NCBI GenBank assembly: GCA_000387965.1
Contig: APJZ01000005.1
Location: 1-32,000, forward strand
Origin: Candidatus Nanobsidianus stetteri
GTDB taxonomy: Archaea > Nanobdellota > Nanobdellia > Nanobdellales > Nanobdellaceae
Reading direction: 5' to 3'
DNA: 32,000 bases
The position numbers were made by a program, and so were the translations under genes. Of this stretch, positions 16,694-24,999 are shown piece after piece; the stretch's first letter is position 1; each line of letters opens with the position of its first letter. Under the pieces are notes generated by a model. The model searched no databases. It was not told the DNA's origin and saw only the letters and a program-made list of their open reading frames with translations.

Positions 16694-17269
16694 ATGAGTG
16701 TTATAAATGGAGAAGATGCAAAAAAATTTGTAAAAGAATATGTAAAAGTAAATCCTGCAGGAATTGATATAAAACCTAAAAAAATATATAAAATACCAGT
16801 CAAAAAAATAAGATATATATTAATTGATAAAGATAAGAGAGGATATTTCTTTGATTATAATTTAGATTATGAAGATTTATTAGAGATTGCAATTAATGAA
16901 AATAAAAGGAAAGAATTATTGGAAAATTCATTTAAGAAAATTCCTAATGGGTTTATTGAAATAAAACCAAAAAATAATTATTGGGTATTAAATAGAGGAT
17001 TATATTATGTAGTATTTCCTGAAGTTGAAATTCCAAATGATATGATTGCAATAGCATTGCCAAGGTCTACATTTAATAGATTGGGAATATTGAAGTTTGA
17101 AAGTGCATTATTTGATCCAGGATATAAAGGAGAATTTACACAGACATATTATTTTCCAATTAATGCAAAGATAAATATAAATGAAGCATGGATACAATTA
17201 ATATTTATTAAATTAGAAAAGGAATCAAAAGAAGCATATAAGGGATATTGGTATGGAGAAAAATATTGA
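16694..17269 (+). CDS. dUTPase / dCTP deaminase superfamily protein
   Basis: ALPRSTFNRLGIL...ALFDPGYKGEF matches the superfamily motif RSS.aRlG.....g.iDPGy.G. Confidence 0.62.
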   Translation: MSVINGEDAKKFVKEYVKVNPAGIDIKPKKIYKIPVKKIRYILIDKDKRGYFFDYNLDYEDLLEIAINENKRKELLENSFKKIPNGFIEIKPKNNYWVLNRGLYYVVFPEVEIPNDMIAIALPRSTFNRLGILKFESALFDPGYKGEFTQTYYFPINAKININEAWIQLIFIKLEKESKEAYKGYWYGEKY

Positions 17270-17831
17270 AAAATTAAATAATTTATTATATTTTTCTTTA
17301 TTTTCAATATATTATAATTCTATTAATATTATTTTATATTTAATTATCTATTATAATCCATTAATATTACTAAATGAACTATATAATATTATTTTCTTAT
17401 TAATTACAATTTTCTTATTTTTAATATCAATAATAATGTATCTAAATTTCAAACATAATTCAAACGTAATTATATTACTATTAATTTATATAATAACGAA
17501 CTTTTTATTATTTTTTAAATATCCTTTTATAGTATATAATATTTTATTTTCAATTATTTCTTTTTCATATTTTCTAATTTATTATTTGATTTACAAAGAT
17601 TTATACAAAATTTTATCATTTTTTAAAATTTTAAAATTCTATAAAATATTTAATATATTAAATTTTCTTTATTTTTTAATTAATATATCAAAAATTTTCT
17701 TAAGAACTTTTATTATAAATTCATTAGAATATATAATCTTTCTTTCAATTTATTCAATAATTTTATTTATTATTTTATACAAAAATATTTATATTTTAAT
17801 AAAAAAGTATTCTACTTACTATGCTTCTTAA
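17253..17831 (+). CDS. Hypothetical polytopic membrane protein (Ile/Leu/Phe/Tyr/Asn-rich)
   Basis: A 192-codon open frame in almost pure A+T sequence is unlikely by chance, because TAA, TAG and TGA should be frequent there. There are several hydrophobic stretches. The start overlaps the upstream gene by 17 nt. Confidence 0.5.
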   Translation: MEKNIEKLNNLLYFSLFSIYYNSINIILYLIIYYNPLILLNELYNIIFLLITIFLFLISIIMYLNFKHNSNVIILLLIYIITNFLLFFKYPFIVYNILFSIISFSYFLIYYLIYKDLYKILSFFKILKFYKIFNILNFLYFLINISKIFLRTFIINSLEYIIFLSIYSIILFIILYKNIYILIKKYSTYYAS

Positions 17832-18657
17832 ATAAATCAAATATCTCTGGTGGTATCACAATTATTTTTTCATTTTGACTATTTCTTAATATATCTAAAA
17901 ATCTTAATACTATACCATAATCGCTTTCAGATAATATTTCTGCAGCTCTCCTAAAGTTTTCTGCAGCTTGTAATTCACCCTGTGATTCAATTACTTTTGC
18001 CTGTGCCAATCCTTGTGCTCTTAATATTTCTGCATCTCTCTGTCTTTCAGCAATTGCCTTTTGTGTTAATGCAGACAATATTTCTTGAGGAACAATTAGA
18101 TCTTGTATTTTTATTGCAATAATATCAACACCCCATTCTCCAATTTCTTTTTGAATTATATCTCTTAATTCATTTCCAATTTCTTCCTTTTTTTGTAATA
18201 TATCGTTTAAATTATATTTACCAAATATATCCCTTAAATTTGTTTGCGCATAATTCAATATTGCTCTATTTAAGTCTCTTATATTCATTATAACTTTTCC
18301 AGGATCTACTATTCTATAAAATACTGTACTTCTTACTGTAATATTTACATTATCTGCAGTTAATAATACCTGCTCTGGTAAATCGTAATTTATAATCCTC
18401 ATATCCACTTTAATCAATTTTTGAAAACCAGGTAAAATATATATTAAACCTCCAGAAAGGACTCCTGAATAATATCCTAATGTAAATATTACTGCCTTTT
18501 CATAATTATATATTATTCTTATTCCAGATAATGTATATATTAATAAGAATATTCCAAATATTATCCCCACTATTCCAAGAAATTTCATTAACGAAACCGA
18601 TATTAATAATAATATAAAAAATATTGTCCATTGTCTCATATTACTGTATTCTTCCAT
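17812..18657 (-). CDS. SPFH/band-7 protein (stomatin/prohibitin homolog)
   Basis: N-terminal hydrophobic hairpin followed by an SPFH core (YEKAVIFTLGYY..., ...ALTQKAIAERQRDAEILRAQGLAQAKVIESQG). Confidence 0.9.
   Translation of the reverse strand: MEEYSNMRQWTIFFILLLISVSLMKFLGIVGIIFGIFLLIYTLSGIRIIYNYEKAVIFTLGYYSGVLSGGLIYILPGFQKLIKVDMRIINYDLPEQVLLTADNVNITVRSTVFYRIVDPGKVIMNIRDLNRAILNYAQTNLRDIFGKYNLNDILQKKEEIGNELRDIIQKEIGEWGVDIIAIKIQDLIVPQEILSALTQKAIAERQRDAEILRAQGLAQAKVIESQGELQAAENFRRAAEILSESDYGIVLRFLDILRNSQNEKIIVIPPEIFDLFKKHSK
18548..18578. repeat. 31-nt exact repeat, copy A, inside the stomatin 5' coding region
   Basis: aatattccaaatattatccccactattccaa is identical to 18750-18780. Confidence 0.95.
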
Positions 18658-18715
18658 ATTAAGAACTTTTTTTAATTTTGCTTAAAAACTTTATTATTAT
18701 TAAGATAATAAAAAA

Positions 18716-18862
18716 TTAAAAAGAAAGAATAACATATAATAAAAATAAAAATATTCCAAATATTATCCCCACTATTCCAAAAAATTCTTTTAAGATCAAA
18801 AATACCACTACTAGGATAAGAAATATAAAAAACTTCAATAATCCTTTGTCATATTCATTCAT
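18716..18862 (-). CDS. Small ORF absent from the ORF track (48 aa): paralog of the stomatin N-terminal membrane hairpin
   Basis: Hand translation gives MNEYDKGLLKFFIFLILVVVFLILKEFFGIVGIIFGIFLFLLYVILSF*. This aligns to the stomatin N-terminus MEEYSNMRQWTIFFILLLISVSLMKFLGIVGIIFGIFLLIYTLSG. It has its own TTTTTAAG TATA-like element at the same spacing as stomatin. Confidence 0.55.
   Translation of the reverse strand: MNEYDKGLLKFFIFLILVVVFLILKEFFGIVGIIFGIFLFLLYVILSF
18750..18780. repeat. 31-nt exact repeat, copy B, inside the small ORF
   Basis: Identical to 18548-18578, offset 202 nt, in direct orientation. Confidence 0.95.
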
Positions 18863-18884
18863 TCGTAAAATGTTTTGGTTTTAC

Positions 18885-18895
18885 TTAAAAATTTT
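18885..18895. promoter_or_regulatory. Palindromic TATA-like element TTAAAAATTTT near the centre of a 51-nt divergent spacer
   Basis: Its centre is about 24 nt from ATG 18914 (+) and about 28 nt from ATG 18862 (-). Confidence 0.35.
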
Positions 18896-18913
18896 GTCTT
18901 AAAATATTCAATT

Positions 18914-19174
18914 ATGAGTAAAGATGATAAAAAATTAAAAGAAATAGAAAATATATATAAATCAATATTACCATTTCTTACAAAAGAGGCAATTGATAGA
19001 TTATCAAATATAAAGGTTGTATATCCAGAAAAATTCATACAAGTTGTTCTGATTTTATATCAATATATACAATCTGGAAAAATAAAAAAGGTAGATGATG
19101 AATTATTAAAAAATATATTATTGAAGTTATCTGAAAATGAAAGAAGAGAACCAAAAATAAGATTTATACATTAA
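18914..19174 (+). CDS. PDCD5-like DNA-binding protein (dsDNA_bind / TFAR19 family)
   Basis: ILPFLTKEAIDRLSNIKVVYPEKFIQVV...IQSGKIKKVDDELLKNILLKL...REPKIRF matches the archaeal PDCD5 homolog pattern. The ORF-track start TTG 18875 is replaced by ATG 18914. Confidence 0.75.
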   Translation: MSKDDKKLKEIENIYKSILPFLTKEAIDRLSNIKVVYPEKFIQVVLILYQYIQSGKIKKVDDELLKNILLKLSENERREPKIRFIH

Positions 19175-20289
19175 CTTAATATTTTATCGGGATGTTCCAA
19201 TTTATCTGGCAAATATGTGTCTGCAACAAATTCTAATGAATTTGCTGCTAATGCATCTTGCTCAACCTTTATTCCATAATCCATCATTTTTCTAAATTGT
19301 CTTTGCCAATCTTTAGATTTTTTAAACCAAGGATAATTCGCTATTTCATTTATTCTTTTTATATCTCTTTGATTTAATTTTATTACTGCTCCTTTCTTCC
19401 TTAGATCATATTCATCAATATCATCAATTGTCATTCCTATAAATTTAACATCTGGAGTGGCTAATAGTTCAGAAAATTGTGATAGATTCATAGATCCTCT
19501 TTTAATTACAGAATATATATAGAATCCCCATGGATCTCCATCTGTAAATACATAAACTGGTAAATTTTTTTCTTTTCTTAATCTATGAATTAATCTTCTA
19601 ACACCTCTAGGAGGTTGACCTTTACTAGTAATTAATATTGCACCTTGTTTTTCTGGAAATCTTTCTTCAATTAACCTATCAAACATCGCCTCTTTCTCAA
19701 CTACTAAAACAAAATCTGCATTTACATCACCAATTTCTATATCTTCAATTGTTGATGGAACACTCCAACCACCCCTTCCCAATTTTGAACAATTCCATTC
19801 ATCACCTCTTTTTCTATCTCTTAAATATATATCTCCATATATTGCACCCCTTCCTTCAGCTTTTATATGAAATTGTTCTCTTATTGCTTTTATTGCTCTT
19901 TCTAAATCTTCAATTACTGCATCCGATTCTTCTTGTTCTTCTAATGTATTTACATTTAATATTGGTATTGTATGCTTTAATTGATAATAAACTTCTCTTA
20001 AGCTTGCAGTTTTATCTTTTTCTACCAACTTTTTTGCTAAGGAAGCAACTAATAATGTTTGCATAAATCTCCTTACATGACCCAAATTAAAGAATTCTCT
20101 AGATCCAATTTTTTCCTTTAAAGTAATTATATCTCTTTTTTCATCATATTCAATATTTTTTATATTACCTCTTACGGCAAGTTTTATTGATGGATTTCCA
20201 GAGGAAAATTCATTATATATTTCATCAGCTAACTTTTTTATTCTACTTAAAACTTCTTCTTTAGATAATTTTTCTATATATTGAACCAT
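19171..20289 (-). CDS. top6A: DNA topoisomerase VI subunit A (Spo11 homolog)
   Basis: Catalytic-Tyr region SLREVYYQLKH. Toprim motifs VVEKEAMFDRL and FTDGDPWGFYIY. Confidence 0.95.
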   Translation of the reverse strand: MVQYIEKLSKEEVLSRIKKLADEIYNEFSSGNPSIKLAVRGNIKNIEYDEKRDIITLKEKIGSREFFNLGHVRRFMQTLLVASLAKKLVEKDKTASLREVYYQLKHTIPILNVNTLEEQEESDAVIEDLERAIKAIREQFHIKAEGRGAIYGDIYLRDRKRGDEWNCSKLGRGGWSVPSTIEDIEIGDVNADFVLVVEKEAMFDRLIEERFPEKQGAILITSKGQPPRGVRRLIHRLRKEKNLPVYVFTDGDPWGFYIYSVIKRGSMNLSQFSELLATPDVKFIGMTIDDIDEYDLRKKGAVIKLNQRDIKRINEIANYPWFKKSKDWQRQFRKMMDYGIKVEQDALAANSLEFVADTYLPDKLEHPDKILS

Positions 20290-20305
20290 TTTATTTTATT
20301 ATAAG

Positions 20306-22048
20306 TTAACTTAATAAGTTCAACTTATTCTTTTTAACATCATTTATTACTTCTACTATCATATCTTCTAATTCTTTTTCGCTTAATAGATTAATTTTTA
20401 CAGTATCCTTTAACATATTTTTAATTAATGTTACTGCACGATCATCTTTTCCCTCTTTTAATAAATTTTTTACTTCTCTAACAGACTTTAATATTTCATA
20501 TATATCATTTACTAATTCCTTCTTTATTCTTTCCTTTACTCTTCCTTCTACTTTTTCTTTTTCAATATCTAGTATAGAACTTAAAGAATCTATAACTTCT
20601 AATCCATATCCATATAAATTTTTATATTTATCACCAATTGTTTCTAAAGCTTTCTTTTTCTTGATATATATTGATAATTCTCTTAAAGCATTTTTAATAC
20701 CTAATTCAATTTCTCTTACTATTTCATCATATGGTGCAATTGCTTCCTTTGATTCTGAAGTAAATGGTAACCAAACAGATGCAACATGTACCAATATTGC
20801 CATTGGATCTTTTGGAAATTCTCCTTCAACTTCAAATCCATAATGCTTCCAATTAATTTCTTTTAATGCATGCGTTATTGCATCTTCTCCAGGTTTATAT
20901 AATAATGGTACTCTGTTTGCGAATCTATAATATTGAAATTCTGTAATCTCTCCACCATATGCAACCCCAACCTCTACTATAAATGGTATACCTCTATATA
21001 ATGCCGGTTTCCTTCTTATTGCAGCCATATATTCTGGTTTAAGTATATTTTCCATACTTTTCAATATTATATCTCTACCGAGGGTTACAATATATTTTGC
21101 AGGAATTGCCCTTAATTTCGCATTTTGTAATGTATTGTATAATTTTATAATCTGATCATCATTTAAAGTTTTAGGATCTGTATCTGGATCTAATTTTGCT
21201 TTCTTTAGTACCTCTATTGCCGTATTTTGTCCTACAGATGAGAATGTTTTAGTTAAAAAATTTAATAATGTTTTTTCTTTTGTTTCTCTTATTAATCTAT
21301 CAAAGTATCCTAATTCAATACCATAAGGATGCGGCTTTACTTCTTTTAGTTCTGGAATATCATTTATTATTCTTTTATAAACAAATTTCTCCCCATCTGG
21401 ATTTTTATAAGTTATATTTGCATGTGGATTTATTAATGCAGTTAATCTAATATATTCATCAACGGATTGCTTACCTTTTATATATTGACCTATTATTTTT
21501 GCTTTTACAATTGTTCCACTTTCTTTTTTCACTTCAACTTCCTCTTTTTCTAAGATTATCGGAGCATTTGTTTTTACATCGATCTTTATTTTATATTTTA
21601 TCCCTTTTTCTTTATTTTTTATTTTTGTAATAATTTCTACAGGTTCTTTTGTTGTAAGTTGTGAATATAAGGTAACTGCTGATGCCCCAATACCTTGTTT
21701 TCCCCTTGTTGATATAAATCTATGAAATTTTGAACCAAATAGAAAACTACCAAATATTTCTGGAACGTTTTCATATGGTATACCTGGCCCATTATCTTCT
21801 ACAGTTATTTTATAAACATCATTTTCTAATCTATCTATTTCAACCTTTATATCTGGTAATATTTTATATTCTTCGCATGCATCCAATGAATTGTCAACAT
21901 ATTCTTTTACTGCAATTAGTAGAGCTTTTCTAGGACTATCGAATCCTAGCAGATGTCTATTTCTTTCAAAAAATTCTGCTACAGATATTCTTTTAAACTT
22001 TTTATATAATTCAGCTTCCTGAACATTTTGTTTAGTTTTTTCTTTCAT
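20306..22048 (-). CDS. top6B: DNA topoisomerase VI subunit B (GHKL ATPase)
   Basis: Bergerat-fold motifs VKEYVDNSLDA, EDNGPGIP and RGKQGIGASA. It lies directly upstream of top6A with a 16-nt gap. Confidence 0.95.
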   Translation of the reverse strand: MKEKTKQNVQEAELYKKFKRISVAEFFERNRHLLGFDSPRKALLIAVKEYVDNSLDACEEYKILPDIKVEIDRLENDVYKITVEDNGPGIPYENVPEIFGSFLFGSKFHRFISTRGKQGIGASAVTLYSQLTTKEPVEIITKIKNKEKGIKYKIKIDVKTNAPIILEKEEVEVKKESGTIVKAKIIGQYIKGKQSVDEYIRLTALINPHANITYKNPDGEKFVYKRIINDIPELKEVKPHPYGIELGYFDRLIRETKEKTLLNFLTKTFSSVGQNTAIEVLKKAKLDPDTDPKTLNDDQIIKLYNTLQNAKLRAIPAKYIVTLGRDIILKSMENILKPEYMAAIRRKPALYRGIPFIVEVGVAYGGEITEFQYYRFANRVPLLYKPGEDAITHALKEINWKHYGFEVEGEFPKDPMAILVHVASVWLPFTSESKEAIAPYDEIVREIELGIKNALRELSIYIKKKKALETIGDKYKNLYGYGLEVIDSLSSILDIEKEKVEGRVKERIKKELVNDIYEILKSVREVKNLLKEGKDDRAVTLIKNMLKDTVKINLLSEKELEDMIVEVINDVKKNKLNLLS

Positions 22049-22080
22049 TTAAAAAATATTTATTTTAATATTTTAAAATG

Positions 22081-22602
22081 TTATTTAATATATCTCGCAA
22101 ATTCTTTATCTTTATTCCTCAAATCTTTTATATATTTGTCCAAATAATTGAATACTGTGCCATGTTTTTCCCCATTTATTATTCTTTTTATCCCTTCATA
22201 TGCTGATTGTAAAGAAATGTTATCTCCAAGTATGTATATATATTTATCCTTAATAATTATATCAGCATTTGTTCTTTTTCTTAATTCTTCTAATACCTTT
22301 CCTTCTTCTCCAATAATTCTTCCCTTTATTCTAATTATATGGTTCATTTTCTTTTCAAATACTTGTTTTAAATCAATTTCCAATATATCCCAATCATTAT
22401 CCAATATATTTGATAATTTTTTAATATCAAAACCAGCTTTTAATCCCTTTACAAATTTATCAAATTTATATATGAAATAAAAGTCTTCATAATAAACAAT
22501 TATTTTATTTTTATTTCTATTATATTTTATATTTTTCTCCTTCAATAAATTTTCAAGTTCACTTACTTTTATATCTCCTATATCAAATTCATATGTATAC
22601 AT
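22081..22602 (-). CDS. KH-domain RNA-binding protein (archaeal Dim2/Pno1-like)
   Basis: KH type-1 core IIRIKGRIIGEEGKVLEELRKRTNADIII with a GxxG loop. Confidence 0.68.
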   Translation of the reverse strand: MYTYEFDIGDIKVSELENLLKEKNIKYNRNKNKIIVYYEDFYFIYKFDKFVKGLKAGFDIKKLSNILDNDWDILEIDLKQVFEKKMNHIIRIKGRIIGEEGKVLEELRKRTNADIIIKDKYIYILGDNISLQSAYEGIKRIINGEKHGTVFNYLDKYIKDLRNKDKEFARYIK

Positions 22603-22626
22603 AAAGGATATATATTATAAAAATTT

Positions 22627-23487
22627 TTATACGGTTATTTGACTTAAAACATCTAAATTCAATTCTCTATTTATTTTATAAAATGGCTGTAATTTCAATC
22701 CTTCATGCAATGTAATTCTAGATCCTTTATAAAATATACCTACAGGAATCTTCGCATCTTCCCTTAATGTATAATCATATTCTAAAGCCTTTTTTAATGC
22801 TTCATCAAAATTTGTTGAATTGTGTCCTACATCTTCTAATTTATACATATGTGTTTCATAATATTTCCTTGTATCATGTTGAACAACACATGGTTGAATT
22901 ATATCTACAAATGCAAATCCTTTATGTAATATTGCCTCCTTCATTATATATTTTAGGTGATCTACCCATAATGCATATCCTCTAGCAACAAAAGTAGCAC
23001 CTGATAACAAAGCCAATGCAATAGGATTTAATGGTTTTTCGAATACTTTCATTCCTAAAGATTTTGAATAATAACCCTCTTCGGTTGTAAATGTATGCTG
23101 AGCAGTTGTTAATGCAAATACTTGATTATTATGAACAAATAACTTTACATCTACATTTTCTTTGCATGAAGAAATAAAATGATCCATTCCTTCATTATAT
23201 GTATCTCCATCTCCCTGAAATACTAAAACAGTTAATTCGGGATTTCCCATCTTTATTCCAACTCCCAGTGGTAATGCTCTTCCATGTAATCCACTAAATG
23301 AACTTAAATTTAAATAATTATGTATTTTTCCTGCACAACCAATTCCTGAAGCAAATACAATCTTTCTTCTATCAATTTTTCCTTCAGATTCTAATTCTTT
23401 TAAAGTAGAAATTATTGCTGTATATATACCAAAATTAGTACATCCTGGACACCATGTAATTTGATAACCAGTTCTTAAATCTTCCAT
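22627..23487 (-). CDS. 2-oxoacid:ferredoxin oxidoreductase, beta (TPP-binding) subunit
   Basis: WCPGC, SGIGCAG and IQPCVV provide four Cys residues for the [4Fe-4S] cluster. GDGD is the TPP/Mg motif. 286 aa. Confidence 0.9.
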   Translation of the reverse strand: MEDLRTGYQITWCPGCTNFGIYTAIISTLKELESEGKIDRRKIVFASGIGCAGKIHNYLNLSSFSGLHGRALPLGVGIKMGNPELTVLVFQGDGDTYNEGMDHFISSCKENVDVKLFVHNNQVFALTTAQHTFTTEEGYYSKSLGMKVFEKPLNPIALALLSGATFVARGYALWVDHLKYIMKEAILHKGFAFVDIIQPCVVQHDTRKYYETHMYKLEDVGHNSTNFDEALKKALEYDYTLREDAKIPVGIFYKGSRITLHEGLKLQPFYKINRELNLDVLSQITV

Positions 23488-23544
23488 GATATAGATAATA
23501 TATACCTAAAAATAAAAGGTTAAAGATTAACTAAAAAGTGGAAA

Positions 23545-24960
23545 TTATTTTGTAATTCTTATAATTAATCCGTTCGAATATTTAACTTTATCCCAAATTA
23601 AATATCTATATCTTAATTCTGCTCTTGGAAATTCTATATTTTTATATTCCTTTATATCTTTTGCTTCTAATGTATAAGAAATAACTATTTCCTCATTCCT
23701 TCTTATATTATCAAATTTCCAATTCAAGATATAGTTATTATCCACTTTATAAACTGAGGACGGTTCTACAATTTTATATTCTTTTACTTTTAATGGTCCA
23801 TTTACTCTATCTATTAATTTAACCTGATTTAATGGAAATATACTTTTATTTTTTATATTTATTGTTATATCTATTGTTTCTTTATCTAAATCAATTTTCA
23901 ATATTTCCTTTGATATTTCTACATTATCCCTTAAGAATACATAAAGTATTATAAATAATACTATTAATATTACAGCTATAATTTCAGCTAATAATAGGTA
24001 ATTAAAGTTTTCATATATTATATAAGATTGACCAGGTAATAAGAATACATTATATATAGCATATTTAGATCCATTTATATTACCAGTATAATATTGATTT
24101 GGATAAAATGTAGAAAATATTCCATAATAACTTTGTAAATAGTATGTACAATTAATTGGATAATTATATGGATTTGTTATATTTATTATATATTCTAATC
24201 CTTTTTTAGTTATTTCTATTACTGGAGTTGTATTTAATTGAAAAACTGTGAAATTTAGATAATATACATTGTTATTTGAATATATTACTAATTGATGCTC
24301 TCCTGTAGAAACATTATTTGATATAAATATTGGAATCTGATATATATTTACTCCAGGGCTTAATATTTCATTATATAAAGCTGAAAAGTTAAAATCTGAA
24401 GATATATTAATTGATAAATTTTGACTGAAATTGTTTGGATTATTTATTATTCCTATCAAATATATAAAGCTATTTTGGGTTACTGTTGAACTGGATAATT
24501 CAAAATTTATAGATAATGGTAAAGTAATGGTTGAATTCGATGTTGTTGGTTGATTATAATATAATATTGGAGTAAATTGAATTATATCAGAATAAAATTC
24601 TGAAGTAACATTTAGATTATGCAAATATACAACTATTTCTGGTATTTGATTGATAAAACCTAAAGGTCTAATATATACTTTTATATTCTCTAATTGACCT
24701 GGATATAAATATCCGGAAACCATTGTATTATTTTCTCCTATAATAAAGAACCATTGAGAAGATAGTGGAGAAATATCATAATAATATATATAATTTGTTG
24801 GATTATATATATCTATTTCATATACCGCATAACTATTTGGATTTGATATATTAATTTGATTATTTATTACCACCGGATATCCAACTATTGGCTGCTGCGA
24901 ATATATTTTTAGCATGACTGGTATTATTAGCATACTTAACAAAAGCTTCTTCCAATCCAT
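23545..24960 (-). CDS. Hypothetical membrane or surface protein, Asn-rich, with many N-x-S/T sequons
   Basis: An N-terminal hydrophobic signal/anchor (LLLSMLIIPVMLKIY) is followed by about 300 aa rich in N-x-S/T, then one TM helix (LLLAEIIAVILIVLFIILYVFL). The roughly 120-aa C-terminal beta-type domain weakly resembles DUF11/CARDB. Confidence 0.6.
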   Translation of the reverse strand: MDWKKLLLSMLIIPVMLKIYSQQPIVGYPVVINNQINISNPNSYAVYEIDIYNPTNYIYYYDISPLSSQWFFIIGENNTMVSGYLYPGQLENIKVYIRPLGFINQIPEIVVYLHNLNVTSEFYSDIIQFTPILYYNQPTTSNSTITLPLSINFELSSSTVTQNSFIYLIGIINNPNNFSQNLSINISSDFNFSALYNEILSPGVNIYQIPIFISNNVSTGEHQLVIYSNNNVYYLNFTVFQLNTTPVIEITKKGLEYIINITNPYNYPINCTYYLQSYYGIFSTFYPNQYYTGNINGSKYAIYNVFLLPGQSYIIYENFNYLLLAEIIAVILIVLFIILYVFLRDNVEISKEILKIDLDKETIDITINIKNKSIFPLNQVKLIDRVNGPLKVKEYKIVEPSSVYKVDNNYILNWKFDNIRRNEEIVISYTLEAKDIKEYKNIEFPRAELRYRYLIWDKVKYSNGLIIRITK

Positions 24961-24999
24961 GTATAATATTTTCTAATTCAAATATATAAATTATTATAT

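Noticed and set aside
17281-17831. Extremely AT-rich 550-nt stretch considered as a replication origin or DNA-unwinding element
   Set aside because: There are no origin-recognition-box-like G-rich repeats and no adjacent orc1/cdc6. The region maintains a 192-codon open frame with strand-asymmetric composition, which favours coding.
19638-21933. Plus-strand ORFs 19638-20066, 20661-20843, 21268-21450 and 21730-21933 inside top6A/top6B
   Set aside because: They are antisense to two of the best-supported genes in the window, and their translations are Leu/His/Phe low complexity.
22148-22985. Plus-strand ORFs 22148-22480 and 22767-22985, antisense to the KH protein and OFOR-beta genes
   Set aside because: These are shadow ORFs. 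The opposite frames carry the KH GxxG core and the WCPGC/GDGD motifs.
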